Origin: a virus
Taxonomy: Duplodnaviria > Heunggongvirae > Uroviricota > Caudoviricetes
Virus record (IMG/VR): IMGVR_UViG_2870083564_000004
Coordinates: 34,943-98,942 of that record
DNA length: 64,000 bases
Reading direction: 5' to 3' (one strand)
Shown here: in pieces, positions 9,283-18,899 of the stretch
Layout: every line of letters starts with the position of its first letter
Numbering within the stretch: position 1 is the first letter of the stretch
Program-made: the position numbers and the translations under genes
The notes under the pieces: generated by a model
The model's input: the letters and a program-made list of their open reading frames with translations, nothing else
Told to the model about the DNA's origin: nothing
Databases searched by the model: none

Positions 9283-10161
9283 CTATTTCTTTTCCGGCTC
9301 GATCCCCCAGCACTGCCCCGCTCGCTCATACTCAGGAATTGCCTCGGGATTATGTTTGCACTTGTCAATAGTATCGAGCGCCGTATGGTAATTGATCACG
9401 AGCGGATCGACGATGCGGCTGATCTGCTCGTCTTGCGCTGACTGGTCCGGAGTGGAACAGTCATCGCCCATGTGCCCGGGATTCGACTGATAGACTCCGC
9501 CGACCGTCAAGAACGATACCGCTCCACTACGAGATGCAGAGTTGATCGCCCCGTACAGTGCCCGTGACGCGGTCGGATATCGGCGCTCATGAGCAAAACC
9601 CGCCGCGTCGATGAACCGCTCGACCCGCTCCGGCTGGCATGACACGATGGGCAAAACAGCATGCACAACGCGCCCTTTCAGATACTCGCGCGCGCCGTAC
9701 ACAGCGAGATCTTGCTTGAACTGATCGACCGCTGCCTGCTTCTCGGGTGTGTCGATGTAGCCCGTCATGTCGTCGAACTCGAAATTCATCAACACCCATT
9801 CGCTGACGTTGATATTCGCGTTGAATACCTCGTCGTGCGTAGGACCAACGCCGCCGTTCTCCGCCATCACCAGTTGATGCAATGCAGTTCCGTCGACGAC
9901 GCCGGGATACACGCCGATATCGGCACCGCGCGCCTTAAACGCGTTCTGTAGCGCATCGATAGTTGCTTGCGTACTCGACACGACTCCACCGCCCGTCGTC
10001 GACGCAGCTGCAGCCATCACACGAGCGGAATGCGCCGCGACGATCGGTGCCCCTGAATACGTCAACTTGATCGCTGGACTGGACGCTGTCGGCCCGTCGT
10101 TCCCGCCCCCACACGCTACCAGCGTCGCCGCCACCACTACCGCAATGATCGTTTTCTTCAT
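9283..10161 (-). CDS. lipoprotein, unknown function
   Basis: Signal peptide plus lipobox (LVAC) at the N-terminus, and a hairpin terminator immediately downstream. Confidence 0.5.
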   Translation of the reverse strand: MKKTIIAVVVAATLVACGGGNDGPTASSPAIKLTYSGAPIVAAHSARVMAAAASTTGGGVVSSTQATIDALQNAFKARGADIGVYPGVVDGTALHQLVMAENGGVGPTHDEVFNANINVSEWVLMNFEFDDMTGYIDTPEKQAAVDQFKQDLAVYGAREYLKGRVVHAVLPIVSCQPERVERFIDAAGFAHERRYPTASRALYGAINSASRSGAVSFLTVGGVYQSNPGHMGDDCSTPDQSAQDEQISRIVDPLVINYHTALDTIDKCKHNPEAIPEYERAGQCWGIEPEKK

Positions 10162-10269
10162 TTTGATCTCAGGTTCTTATTGATATTCCATGCCCCGCGG
10201 ACGAAATATTACACAACAATTACGAAACCCTTCCGCAGACATAGACGAGCAACGCGCGCAGCCAATCGA

Positions 10270-11058
10270 TCAGAACAGCCCGACTGGCTGCGCCGCATCG
10301 TCCCAGCTGAAAATGATCAGCTCGCGGCGCTCGACGCCCTTCCCGCCGCCTATCGTGTACTGAATCGGCACACTCTCGATATGGAAGCCGGCGAACACGC
10401 GCCGGATCTCGGGATGGTCGTTGAGGCTGACGATCGCCCGCCCCTTGATCGACCGCAGCCGCTCGGCCATCTTCTCGTATTCCGCGAACGGAAACGCAAC
10501 GCCGTAGCCTTCGGTCTCGAAATACGGCGGGTCGAGGTAGAACAGCGTGTGCGGCCGATCGTAGCGATCGATGCAGGTCGCCCAATCAAGCCGCTCGATG
10601 TACGCGTTCGCGAGGCGAATATGCGCCGCCGATAGCTCCTCCTCGATGCGCAACAGGTTGAGGCCGGGCACCGACGTTGTCGCCGTTCCGAACGTCTGCC
10701 CTTCGAGCTTGCCGCCAAAGCAACTTTTCTGAAGGTAGTAGAAGCGTGCCGCGCGCTGGATATCGGTGAGGGTTTCCGGGGCCATGTGCTTGAGCCATTC
10801 GAACACCTGCCGGCTCGTCAGCGCCCATTTGAACTGACGCACGAACTCTTCGAGATGGTGCTGAACAACGCGATACAGGTTCACCAGCTCGCCGTTGATA
10901 TCGTTGATCACCTCGACCTTGGCCGGCGGTCGCATGAAGTACAGCGCCGCCCCGCCCGCGAACACCTCGACGTAGCAGTCGTGCTTCGGAAAGCGCGGGA
11001 TGATGTGATCCGCGAGACGACGCTTGCCGCCGATCCAAGGGATGATGGGATTTGCCAT
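10270..11058 (-). CDS. Dam-like N6-adenine DNA methyltransferase (D12 class)
   Basis: Starts MANPIIPWIGGKRR and has FAGGAAL (motif I) and LDPPY (motif IV). The track ORF has a 62-codon Arg-rich upstream extension. Confidence 0.75.
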   Translation of the reverse strand: MANPIIPWIGGKRRLADHIIPRFPKHDCYVEVFAGGAALYFMRPPAKVEVINDINGELVNLYRVVQHHLEEFVRQFKWALTSRQVFEWLKHMAPETLTDIQRAARFYYLQKSCFGGKLEGQTFGTATTSVPGLNLLRIEEELSAAHIRLANAYIERLDWATCIDRYDRPHTLFYLDPPYFETEGYGVAFPFAEYEKMAERLRSIKGRAIVSLNDHPEIRRVFAGFHIESVPIQYTIGGGKGVERRELIIFSWDDAAQPVGLF

Positions 11059-11201
11059 TGTGAAAGCCGTTTTTAAACTTGATGTAGAATCCGGCCCGCC
11101 TACGTAGGTAAGCAGGGCCTTGGCCTCTTTCACTGGCGCTATCAGTGGAAAGGCGGCCGGCATGCGTGTTCCCGCACGCACGCCGGCCGCCCTGTTTCTC
11201 G

Positions 11202-11747
11202 TTACTTCCGCGCGCAGTCCGGCGTCTCGGGCCGCACCGCGCATACATAGCCCTGTAGGGCCGTCAGTTTGTCGATCTCGCGCTGATCGTCGCCGGCGAC
11301 GCCGAAAACGCGTTCCGCAACCGCTGCGTCGACGTCTGCGTAGGTGGCGGCACCATCGCCCATGCCGGCGGCGCTGGAAGCGCCGGGCACGCCGTCGCGA
11401 CCGGCTGCCGTGCAGTTTCGGACGGCGACGCGCAGCCGCTCAGTGCCAGCGGCAAGAGCAGCCCGCAGGCTGCGATTCTCTGCTTCATGCTCGTTCCTCT
11501 CCTTCGTGGTTCGTTGGTCGACGGCGGCCACCGCCGACGCGGCGGCATCGTGCGCGGCGATCGCCCGCTGCTCGGCGTCGAGCGCGGCACGCGAGATCGC
11601 GCCCAACGCTTCGGCGTGCCGTTGCGCGGCGCGAGCGCGCGCGGCCTGCTCATCGGCAAGCCGACGTACGCCGACCAGGTGATCGACGCCAGCGCCGGCC
11701 GCCATGCCAAGCAGCGCGGCCATCAGATAGGGTGTTGCTTTCGGCAT
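11202..11747 (-). CDS. Rz-like i-spanin
   Basis: N-terminal TM (YLMAALLGMAAGAGV) followed by an Ala/Arg-rich coiled coil. The start overlaps the endolysin stop as TGATG. Confidence 0.55.
   Translation of the reverse strand: MPKATPYLMAALLGMAAGAGVDHLVGVRRLADEQAARARAAQRHAEALGAISRAALDAEQRAIAAHDAAASAVAAVDQRTTKERNEHEAENRSLRAALAAGTERLRVAVRNCTAAGRDGVPGASSAAGMGDGAATYADVDAAVAERVFGVAGDDQREIDKLTALQGYVCAVRPETPDCARK
11264..11488 (-). CDS. Rz1-like o-spanin lipoprotein (embedded in Rz, +1 frame)
   Basis: MKQRIAACGLLLPLALSGC lipobox followed by a Pro-rich sequence, lying wholly inside the Rz ORF. Confidence 0.5.
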   Translation of the reverse strand: MKQRIAACGLLLPLALSGCASPSETARQPVATACPALPAPPAWAMVPPPTQTSTQRLRNAFSASPATISARSTN

Positions 11748-12238
11748 CACAGCCCCCGTTCGCAAATTGCGCGCTCCGTAGCGCGGCGTTTCACGAGACC
11801 CGGCAGCACTCGACCGCCGGCAGTCACCCACTGCGGCCGACCGTTGTCCGACTCGTTGATCGCGCGGCACGCGCCCCGCCAGTCGCCAGAATTGAACCGC
11901 CTCGCGGTTGTGCTTCCGCAGTAGGCTCGCGGCCCGATGTTGTAGGCGAAGCTCACTGCAGCCGCGAGCTGATATGTGCGCCCCCTCAAGCCTGGCGTGC
12001 ACGTCAGCACCGGCTTCGCGTGCTCAATGAGCCGTTGCTCGAGCCGAGCGCGGCATTCATCACGCGTGAAGCGCTGGCCGACGTACACGTCTTTCGTATC
12101 GCCATTGCACGCCGTGATGATGCCGATCGGGTCTGGTCGTGCGACGAGGACCTCGCCCTCAAATGCAGGGACGATAGAAAGCAAAAGGGCCGCTGTCGCG
12201 GCCCCTACCAATCCAATCAGCGTCTTCTTCTCAGCCAT
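11747..12238 (-). CDS. SAR endolysin (GH24 / T4-type lysozyme)
   Basis: N-terminal signal-anchor-release helix (LIGLVGAATAALLLSIV) followed by FEGEVLVARPDPIGIITACNGDTK with the catalytic E/D/T. Confidence 0.7.
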   Translation of the reverse strand: MAEKKTLIGLVGAATAALLLSIVPAFEGEVLVARPDPIGIITACNGDTKDVYVGQRFTRDECRARLEQRLIEHAKPVLTCTPGLRGRTYQLAAAVSFAYNIGPRAYCGSTTARRFNSGDWRGACRAINESDNGRPQWVTAGGRVLPGLVKRRATERAICERGL

Positions 12239-12443
12239 CGTGATGCTCCAGTTCACGCAGGCGTGCGGCCAGTTCGACTTGCTCTCGACGGTCCTTGCGC
12301 CGTGCGAAGTAAAAATTCAAACCGAAAGTCGCGATCGCCGTGAGAATACCGACGATGACGCCGATATCGGTCAACGTAAGCGACGACGCGACCGACGCTA
12401 TGCTTCCCGCATAGCTCACGGCTTCCGTAGGACTAGCTCGCAT
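12231..12443 (-). CDS. class II (pin)holin
   Basis: 70 aa with two TM helices and a charged C-terminus (FARRKDRREQ). Resembles phage 21 S21 pinholin, the type paired with SAR endolysins. Confidence 0.55.
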   Translation of the reverse strand: MRASPTEAVSYAGSIASVASSLTLTDIGVIVGILTAIATFGLNFYFARRKDRREQVELAARLRELEHHDG

Positions 12444-12485
12444 CCACTCCTCGCAGAAATGAAAAAGCCGCCCAAAGGCGGCGCA

Positions 12486-13220
12486 TTAAATGATCCCGGT
12501 TCCGTCCAACACCATGAATCGATAGTGCCAACATTCGCGAAACGTTGCGACATTGGGATGTCGGCCGCCGTTGTATAGCAGCGTCCCCCAAGATACGTTG
12601 CCGCCGCTCACCCGCACGGCGCTTATCTCAAGGATGTCCCACAGCCGCTGATTGCTGTTCGACGATCCCCAAATGAAATGCGCAGGCCACATTCCCGAAA
12701 TCAACACCGGACGACCATACGATCGCTGCTGCCATTGAGGACTCGGAGCACCCTCCACCGTCCAGCCCGTTCCATTCATGTAGACATCCTGAATCACGTC
12801 GAGCACACGGTAAAACGGCGTCAACGCATCTGCAATCAATTGACTGCGCTCGTTGAACACCTGCAGTCCGAATCCCCGGTCCGCCGGCGGGACGTTGGAA
12901 AACACAAAGAAGCGCACGGTGGCCTGAGTTTCGGTAATGAAGCGCACCGTGTAGGTCCGCCCGTCGTTGCTATAGGCGTCCCAAATCGATATCCCCACTC
13001 CCGGGTCTGCGGAGAACGCATATAGCGGAACTTCGGCAGAGAATGTGAACGAGCACACCCAAAATTGCCCTTCGTAGGGAATATTTTTGTCATTCCTGAC
13101 CGTCTCAATACGAATCAGTTGCGATATCGCCACCATCGACTGAACGAGTTGATAGTTCGGCGTCGAACCGTCGATCTGAAACACGCCCCCTTCCGTAAAG
13201 GCTTGGAATCTGCCATCCAT
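12486..13220 (-). CDS. hypothetical protein downstream of J
   Basis: 244-aa ORF with clean, non-Arg-rich composition. Confidence 0.45.
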   Translation of the reverse strand: MDGRFQAFTEGGVFQIDGSTPNYQLVQSMVAISQLIRIETVRNDKNIPYEGQFWVCSFTFSAEVPLYAFSADPGVGISIWDAYSNDGRTYTVRFITETQATVRFFVFSNVPPADRGFGLQVFNERSQLIADALTPFYRVLDVIQDVYMNGTGWTVEGAPSPQWQQRSYGRPVLISGMWPAHFIWGSSNSNQRLWDILEISAVRVSGGNVSWGTLLYNGGRHPNVATFRECWHYRFMVLDGTGII

Positions 13221-13528
13221 CAGAAAACCCCGTAGACGAGCCAGCCCGGCACCGGCGTTCGATTACTGGTATTGCCGTCGCGGCTAAACCACCATCGCAC
13301 CCCACCCGCATTGATTTCCACGTTGGGCACCGGGGCGTTCATCGAAATGTGCCGGAACAACCAATCGGGCATGAATGCCCAGAACGGTTCCCCACGCGAA
13401 AGATCTGCCGCCGCGCTGCCGTCCAAGCCCTCTTGAATACGCTGCATTCCAACGATCCGGCCACAGCGTGTCGTTCCGTCGAGCATGAGGCGCCCCGCTC
13501 CGTCCCAAATCCACAATCCCGCATCCAT
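13220..13528 (-). CDS. hypothetical protein
   Basis: Internal start MDAGLWIW, directly after the J stop. Confidence 0.35.
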   Translation of the reverse strand: MDAGLWIWDGAGRLMLDGTTRCGRIVGMQRIQEGLDGSAAADLSRGEPFWAFMPDWLFRHISMNAPVPNVEINAGGVRWWFSRDGNTSNRTPVPGWLVYGVF

Positions 13529-13530
13529 GC

Positions 13531-16500
13531 TCACCACATCCCCATTCGCACGCGGAGCACGCCGTTGCCGTCGTACACCCGCACTCCGTTTCCGTCGATA
13601 ACCGTCCGAATGCCGCTTCCGTTCACGGAGTTGATTTCCATCCAACCGGACTTGTCCCATCGCCAGCCTTGCCGCCCCGCGATGTAGTCGTCGGACTGGA
13701 TGTAGCTGCCGATCATCGCGTTCGTGATCCAGCCCGCACCGATCAGCGCCTGCCGCAAAAACACCTGCCCGCCTTGCACCACGAACGGCACGCCGATCAC
13801 GCCCCCCGAATTCGGATCGATCACCGCAAACCGACTCGCCGACACCAGCACCTGTGATTCGACAACACCGTTGTTGTTGTCGACGCCCACACCAATTCCC
13901 GCGATGTACGTGCGCCCATCCGCCGTGATCTGCGTCTTGATCTGATACGACGCCGCGACGCGCCCGTTCAGATCGGCGTAGGACTGCGCCACGGTTTGCA
14001 CCGCAGCCGCGTTGTCGTTCACCTGCGCCTGCACGGTCGTGATGTCCTGCGCCATCGCACGATCGGCTTCAACACGCGCGATCGTCTCTTTCTGCACCGC
14101 GGCGTTCAACAAATGCGAGCTCGAGCGCATCTGTGCCGCGACCGTGTCGACCTTCTTCGCGACCGCCATGTCGCCCTCTGAAATCGCCGACTGCAACGAC
14201 CACACGCCCGCATTGAGTGTCTCGTCGCCAGCGTAAATCGTCGCATCGCCCGCCATCGGCGGGGTAATCAGGTCAATCGGCGCGCGCAGATCCGTGCCGA
14301 GCGCCGACTTCCCGATCTGACCGGCGAAATACTTCTCGTAGTCGCTTTGATCCGTGCTCGGCTGCCCCTGCACGCCCGGTCCCTTCGCCGGGAACCACGG
14401 CCCGACGTTGCCGGACGTGTCGACCAGGCGCGCCCAGAAATAAAACACCTGTCCGACCGCGAGCCCCTGATACGACGTCGACGCCTGCGGGAACGCGAAA
14501 TCCGAGAACTTGATCGCGTCATCGCGGCTCGGCGTGCGGCTGTACCAGATCTCCGTACGCTGCGTGTCGCCGGCGGACCCGTCGCCCGGGAACGCCCACT
14601 TCAGGTAGATCCCATATACGATGCCCGTCGCGGTCAGCGACACCACTGACGGCGGCGGAGTGGTCTTCCCCGTGAGCACCGTATCGACGCCGTACGCCGG
14701 AATCGACGTCACGCCGAGCGCATTCTCCGCTCGCACGCGTGCGAGGTACTTCCCCTGATAGATACCCGGTACCTCGACCTGCAGGCCGCCCGTCGACGGT
14801 ACCCGGACCCACTCGCCGTTGTCCTTCCGCCATTCCACGAGGTAGCTCGTCGCGTGATTCGCTGCGTCCCACGCGATCACCATCGTCGTCTTCGAGATGC
14901 CCTGATCGACCACCGAGTATGTCGAGAGGCGGACGTTCGACGGCGGCGGCTGCACCGACGGCGGAACGATCGTGATCGGCCGTTGCTGGATCTGCGCGCC
15001 GTCGTCGATTGCCGCGTACTTCCCCGGCTCGTACTGCGTCGCGTTGATCGTATAAACGATCTGGCCGTCGTCGTCGCTCTCCTGCACGCTCACCACGCGA
15101 TACTGCTGCGCCGCGAGCTCGTTGCTCTCGACCATCCACACAGCGCCCGGCACCGGATCGGCATCGAAGCGCGCGGCGAGCGTCACCGTGTCACCGTTGA
15201 CGGCCCTCACCACCCGCGCCTGCGCAATGCCCGACGGCAGAATCGCCGTGAAGCGATCGCCGGCCGCGATGGTCGGCGCCTTGTCGAGCGTGATCGTCTC
15301 GCCGGCTGCGGCGCGGATACGCCCGCCGATCCGGCGGCCGGCCTTCTTCGGATCGGCAACCGCGATCACCTGTCCCGGCGCACAAAGCGTCCCGTCGAGT
15401 CCGACCTGAAACGACACTGTCCCGGTCTCGTACCGCGACGTCAGCAGCAGCCAGCGCCCGAGGCGGTGCGCCTGCGCCTGCGACGTGCAGCCGAACGCCG
15501 TGACCTCTGTTTTGATGACGCCATACCGCGCGATCCCGTCGTCGTCCTGCACGGCTTCGACAGCCTGCTTGTACTGGTTCGTCGGATCGTTGTAGCTGAC
15601 GAGCGCGACCGTGTAACGCGTCTTTCGCTCGCTACCGACGTACTTGAATGAGCCGCCGACGACGTTCGCAGCCGTGTACAGGTAGACTGGATCGGACGGC
15701 ATATCGGCCGACGCGACGACCGACCCGGCGCCCCAGTACGAAATGCCGCGAAACACGCTTGCGATGTCCTGCACCACCTTGAACGCGTCCGCGCGCGTCT
15801 GAATCACGCAGTTGCAGGTAAAGCGCGGCTCCTTGCCGCCCTTCCCATCCGACACCAGCTCGTCGCAGTGGCGCGCGATTTCGTACAGTGCCCACTTGTC
15901 GACCATCGATGCATCAACGCGATCGCCCAACCCGTAGCGCTTGTTCAGCAGCAGGTCGTAATAGACCCAAGCCGGATTGTTCGTCCACGCCATCTTGAAC
16001 GTGCCGTCCCACGTGCCCGAATACGTCCGCGTCTCAGGGTCGTAGTTTGTCGGGACGCGGATAATCAGCCCCCGCACGTGATACGAGCGCACCGGCACGC
16101 TCGAGAACGAGCGCGCGTCGAACGTCATGCCGACCAGCGCCGTCATCGGATAGCGGAGCTTCCGATCGATGATCTCGGTGATCGCTTCGATGTTGATCAC
16201 GTCAGCGATCGTCGCCGTGTGCGCGTTCGGCGTGATGCGACGCACGCGAACCAGCCAGCCGTTTTTCGCGCGCGGCAGCTCAATGCGATGCGAGCGCTCG
16301 TAGAGCGACGTCGTCTTACCGTCGAACGCGCCGGCCAGCACTTGCGCATACGACCCGCCGTCGACCGACAGATCAATTGCGTAGTCGACGCGATAGCCTG
16401 TGACATTGCCGTTCGACGTGTCCTGACGCTGTAACGCGGGCACGCCGAAACGCACACGCACCGCGGTCAACTGCGTATTCTGGATCTGCCGCACCCACGG

Positions 16501-16839
16501 CGCGTCGGACGTCAGTGGCACGCCGACGCCGGCCTCGCGCTCGACGGCCGGAAAGCCCGGGATATAGTCCTGATCCTGCGTGCCGGTTCGCACGTCGACG
16601 GTGTAGCTCTGGAAATTCAGTGAGCCGTCCGCGTTCTGGATCGGCGTGCCGTCGAGATAGACCGACTGCAAGCCGTTCACCAAGCCCACGACCGGCCCCT
16701 CCGAGATCACATCGAGCACCTTCGCGCGTGCGATCGAATGCAGGCTGTCGGGCGATTCGCTGCCACTACCGCCGCCACCGCTTCCCTTCGCCCCGTAGAT
16801 CCGCTTAAACCCGCCTTCAGCATGGAGCTTCTTCAAACC
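13531..16839 (-). CDS. host specificity / tail tip protein J
   Basis: N-terminus (VLDVISEGPVVGLVNGLQSVYLDG) matches the lambda J N-terminus, with fibronectin-like repeats; about 1100 aa. TTG start behind GGAGGA, overlapping the I stop. Confidence 0.8.
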   Translation of the reverse strand, partial: GLKKLHAEGGFKRIYGAKGSGGGGSGSESPDSLHSIARAKVLDVISEGPVVGLVNGLQSVYLDGTPIQNADGSLNFQSYTVDVRTGTQDQDYIPGFPAVEREAGVGVPLTSDAPWVRQIQNTQLTAVRVRFGVPALQRQDTSNGNVTGYRVDYAIDLSVDGGSYAQVLAGAFDGKTTSLYERSHRIELPRAKNGWLVRVRRITPNAHTATIADVINIEAITEIIDRKLRYPMTALVGMTFDARSFSSVPVRSYHVRGLIIRVPTNYDPETRTYSGTWDGTFKMAWTNNPAWVYYDLLLNKRYGLGDRVDASMVDKWALYEIARHCDELVSDGKGGKEPRFTCNCVIQTRADAFKVVQDIASVFRGISYWGAGSVVASADMPSDPVYLYTAANVVGGSFKYVGSERKTRYTVALVSYNDPTNQYKQAVEAVQDDDGIARYGVIKTEVTAFGCTSQAQAHRLGRWLLLTSRYETGTVSFQVGLDGTLCAPGQVIAVADPKKAGRRIGGRIRAAAGETITLDKAPTIAAGDRFTAILPSGIAQARVVRAVNGDTVTLAARFDADPVPGAVWMVESNELAAQQYRVVSVQESDDDGQIVYTINATQYEPGKYAAIDDGAQIQQRPITIVPPSVQPPPSNVRLSTYSVVDQGISKTTMVIAWDAANHATSYLVEWRKDNGEWVRVPSTGGLQVEVPGIYQGKYLARVRAENALGVTSIPAYGVDTVLTGKTTPPPSVVSLTATGIVYGIYLKWAFPGDGSAGDTQRTEIWYSRTPSRDDAIKFSDFAFPQASTSYQGLAVGQVFYFWARLVDTSGNVGPWFPAKGPGVQGQPSTDQSDYEKYFAGQIGKSALGTDLRAPIDLITPPMAGDATIYAGDETLNAGVWSLQSAISEGDMAVAKKVDTVAAQMRSSSHLLNAAVQKETIARVEADRAMAQDITTVQAQVNDNAAAVQTVAQSYADLNGRVAASYQIKTQITADGRTYIAGIGVGVDNNNGVVESQVLVSASRFAVIDPNSGGVIGVPFVVQGGQVFLRQALIGAGWITNAMIGSYIQSDDYIAGRQGWRWDKSGWMEINSVNGSGIRTVIDGNGVRVYDGNGVLRVRMGMW

Positions 16840-17417
16840 TGATCCTCCGCATAGATTCCGGAACTGACCACCTTCGAGCCGACGATCATTTCCCCAATAA
16901 CGAGCGGCACCGGCTCGCCCTGTGCGGCGCTGTTCACGGGTCCGTTGAAGTAGTACGACGAGCCGTTGTTGGCCGCGCCCGCGAGGCCGGCCTGTTGCGG
17001 ACTCAGCATCTGCACAATGCCGCCCAGCGCCATCGACGCACCGAGCCCCATCAGCGACGCGCCCCACGGCTGCGCGAAACCGAACGTCGCGATCGCACCG
17101 ACTGCAACGAGTGCCGCGCCGAAGATCGTATTGAAGAGCCCGCCGCGCTTGCTGCCGACGATTACCGGCGCAATGCGAATTTCGTCGCGCCCCACCGGGT
17201 GCTCGAGCTCGTCCTCGTCGAGATTGCGCCTGCCGTTGAACACGGCGAACGTCAGGCCGACGTCGCGCGCCGACGTCAGGAACACGCGGAAGCCGGGAAT
17301 CAGCACGGACAACGCGCGCACCGCCTCCGCGGTCGACGAAACCGCCAGACGATGAACTCTTCCGAAACGCCCACCGAGCACCCCATACAACTTTATCGTG
17401 CGAAGCGTCTCGCTCAC
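16833..17417 (-). CDS. tail assembly protein I
   Basis: Lambda gpI-like; position between K and J; GTG start forms a GTGA overlap with the K stop. Confidence 0.65.
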   Translation of the reverse strand: MSETLRTIKLYGVLGGRFGRVHRLAVSSTAEAVRALSVLIPGFRVFLTSARDVGLTFAVFNGRRNLDEDELEHPVGRDEIRIAPVIVGSKRGGLFNTIFGAALVAVGAIATFGFAQPWGASLMGLGASMALGGIVQMLSPQQAGLAGAANNGSSYYFNGPVNSAAQGEPVPLVIGEMIVGSKVVSSGIYAEDQV

Positions 17418-18166
17418 TTCCGATCTCCCACATAGCGCAGTACCGTCGTGCAGCAGTCGGCCCACATCCCGCCCCATACCGCGCGCGCGGACAAACGCCC
17501 GTGCATGTGGTGCAGAAACTGCCCGTCGCCGAGATACACGCCCGCGTGATTCGGCACGTCGTTCTTGCTGCGGATCTGCATCAGCAACACGTCACCGACC
17601 TGCAACGTCACGCCACGGCCGACATCAAGGAAACCGGCGTCCTGATAGTGGTTGAGGTAGAGATTCGACCTGCCATCGTTCCACCAATCGTCCTCGCGCT
17701 CGAAATCGGGTAACGCGACGCCGCGCTCGCCGAGATACCAGTCGCGCACGATCGCGTAGCAGTCGTGCACGCCATGTACGAACTGCCGGCCCACCAATCG
17801 CGCGACGTAGCCGTCTGGCTCGAACGCGCACCAGTCGTCGACGCCGATCGAGCCGTCGGCCTGCACGCCGAGCGACACGATCACCCATTTCGCGATGCCG
17901 CTGCGCTCGCACATCGTGCGATCCGCGTCGCTCGGCTGCGCCGACGCTCCCGGATGCGAATGCACCAGCGCGACAATCTCGCCCATGTCTTCGGCCGCTG
18001 CGTAGTCCTCCGCGGCGAGCGCGAATTGGTCGGTTGGTGCGGCAGCGAGGTTGCGGCAGCGTACGTACATCTCCCCGCTCTCGGTCTTCACGACGAGCCC
18101 ACAGCACTCGCGCGGATACTCGTCGAGCGCATGCGCCTCAATCGCCTTCTTGATCTGTTCGTCCAT
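17414..18166 (-). CDS. tail assembly protein K (JAMM/MPN + NlpC/P60)
   Basis: ALVHSHPGASAQPSDAD (JAMM motif) and VHGVHDCY (NlpC/P60 Cys-His). Confidence 0.75.
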   Translation of the reverse strand: MDEQIKKAIEAHALDEYPRECCGLVVKTESGEMYVRCRNLAAAPTDQFALAAEDYAAAEDMGEIVALVHSHPGASAQPSDADRTMCERSGIAKWVIVSLGVQADGSIGVDDWCAFEPDGYVARLVGRQFVHGVHDCYAIVRDWYLGERGVALPDFEREDDWWNDGRSNLYLNHYQDAGFLDVGRGVTLQVGDVLLMQIRSKNDVPNHAGVYLGDGQFLHHMHGRLSARAVWGGMWADCCTTVLRYVGDRK

Positions 18167-18215
18167 AAAAAAACCCGCCGTGCGGCGGGTCCTCATATCG
18201 AAATTGATTCGTGCG

Positions 18216-18899
18216 TCATGCCATCGTGTCGCACAGGAAGCCGTCGAACGGCAACGGGTTGTTCACGCCGAATCGACGTTCACAACCGCTGATCTTCCTG
18301 CTGCATCGATCGAGCGCCGGATCGCTCACGGGGTTGTCGTCCTTGTCAAAGCACGCCGCCCCTGTATACCCGCATTCGGCGCTGCGATATTCACATTGAC
18401 AGATCGAAATAATCTGCCGTTTCGGCAATTGCTGGCCACCGAAGTCGAGCGGCGACGAGAGCGTGAATTCAACGTGCAAACCCGGCTGCTCGTCGCTCTT
18501 CTGTTCGATCCGCCACTGCTGCGTCGGCATTTCTTCGTTCGGGTCCGCCGTCGGATTGCCGGCCGGGAAATTCACGGCGTCGAGGTAGCGCGCGAGTGTT
18601 CGGCGCCGAAACACTTTCGCGCCGACGAGATCGCCAAGCGCAACGCATAGCGCCGATATCGTTCCATTGATGTCGCCCACCCGCAGCGTCGGCGATGGCT
18701 GCTGCGCGTCGGATGTCTGCTCGAAGCCGGTGGCCTGAATCGGCCACGACCTGTACTCGCGCCCCTGCCATACGATCGACGTAGACTGAAGATGCCGATG
18801 AAAGCGCAGCGCGTCGGCGCCAATTTCCGTGCAGTCGACTTCGAAAAACTCAATCAGACGACCCGGCTCGAGTTGCTGGATGTCAGCCGTGATGCTCAC
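18216..18899 (-). CDS. minor tail protein L
   Basis: Lambda gpL-like, with a C-terminal Cys cluster (CQCEYRSAECGYTGAAC). Confidence 0.7.
   Translation of the reverse strand: MSITADIQQLEPGRLIEFFEVDCTEIGADALRFHRHLQSTSIVWQGREYRSWPIQATGFEQTSDAQQPSPTLRVGDINGTISALCVALGDLVGAKVFRRRTLARYLDAVNFPAGNPTADPNEEMPTQQWRIEQKSDEQPGLHVEFTLSSPLDFGGQQLPKRQIISICQCEYRSAECGYTGAACFDKDDNPVSDPALDRCSRKISGCERRFGVNNPLPFDGFLCDTMA

Noticed and set aside
11120-12343. 407-aa + strand ORF across the lysis genes
   Set aside because: Extremely Arg/Pro-rich, antisense to a well-supported holin/endolysin/Rz cassette; typical high-GC antisense artefact.
14854-16434. Several 150-270-aa + strand ORFs inside the J gene
   Set aside because: Arg/His/Asp-rich antisense frames of a high-GC gene; the J homology on the - strand is unambiguous.
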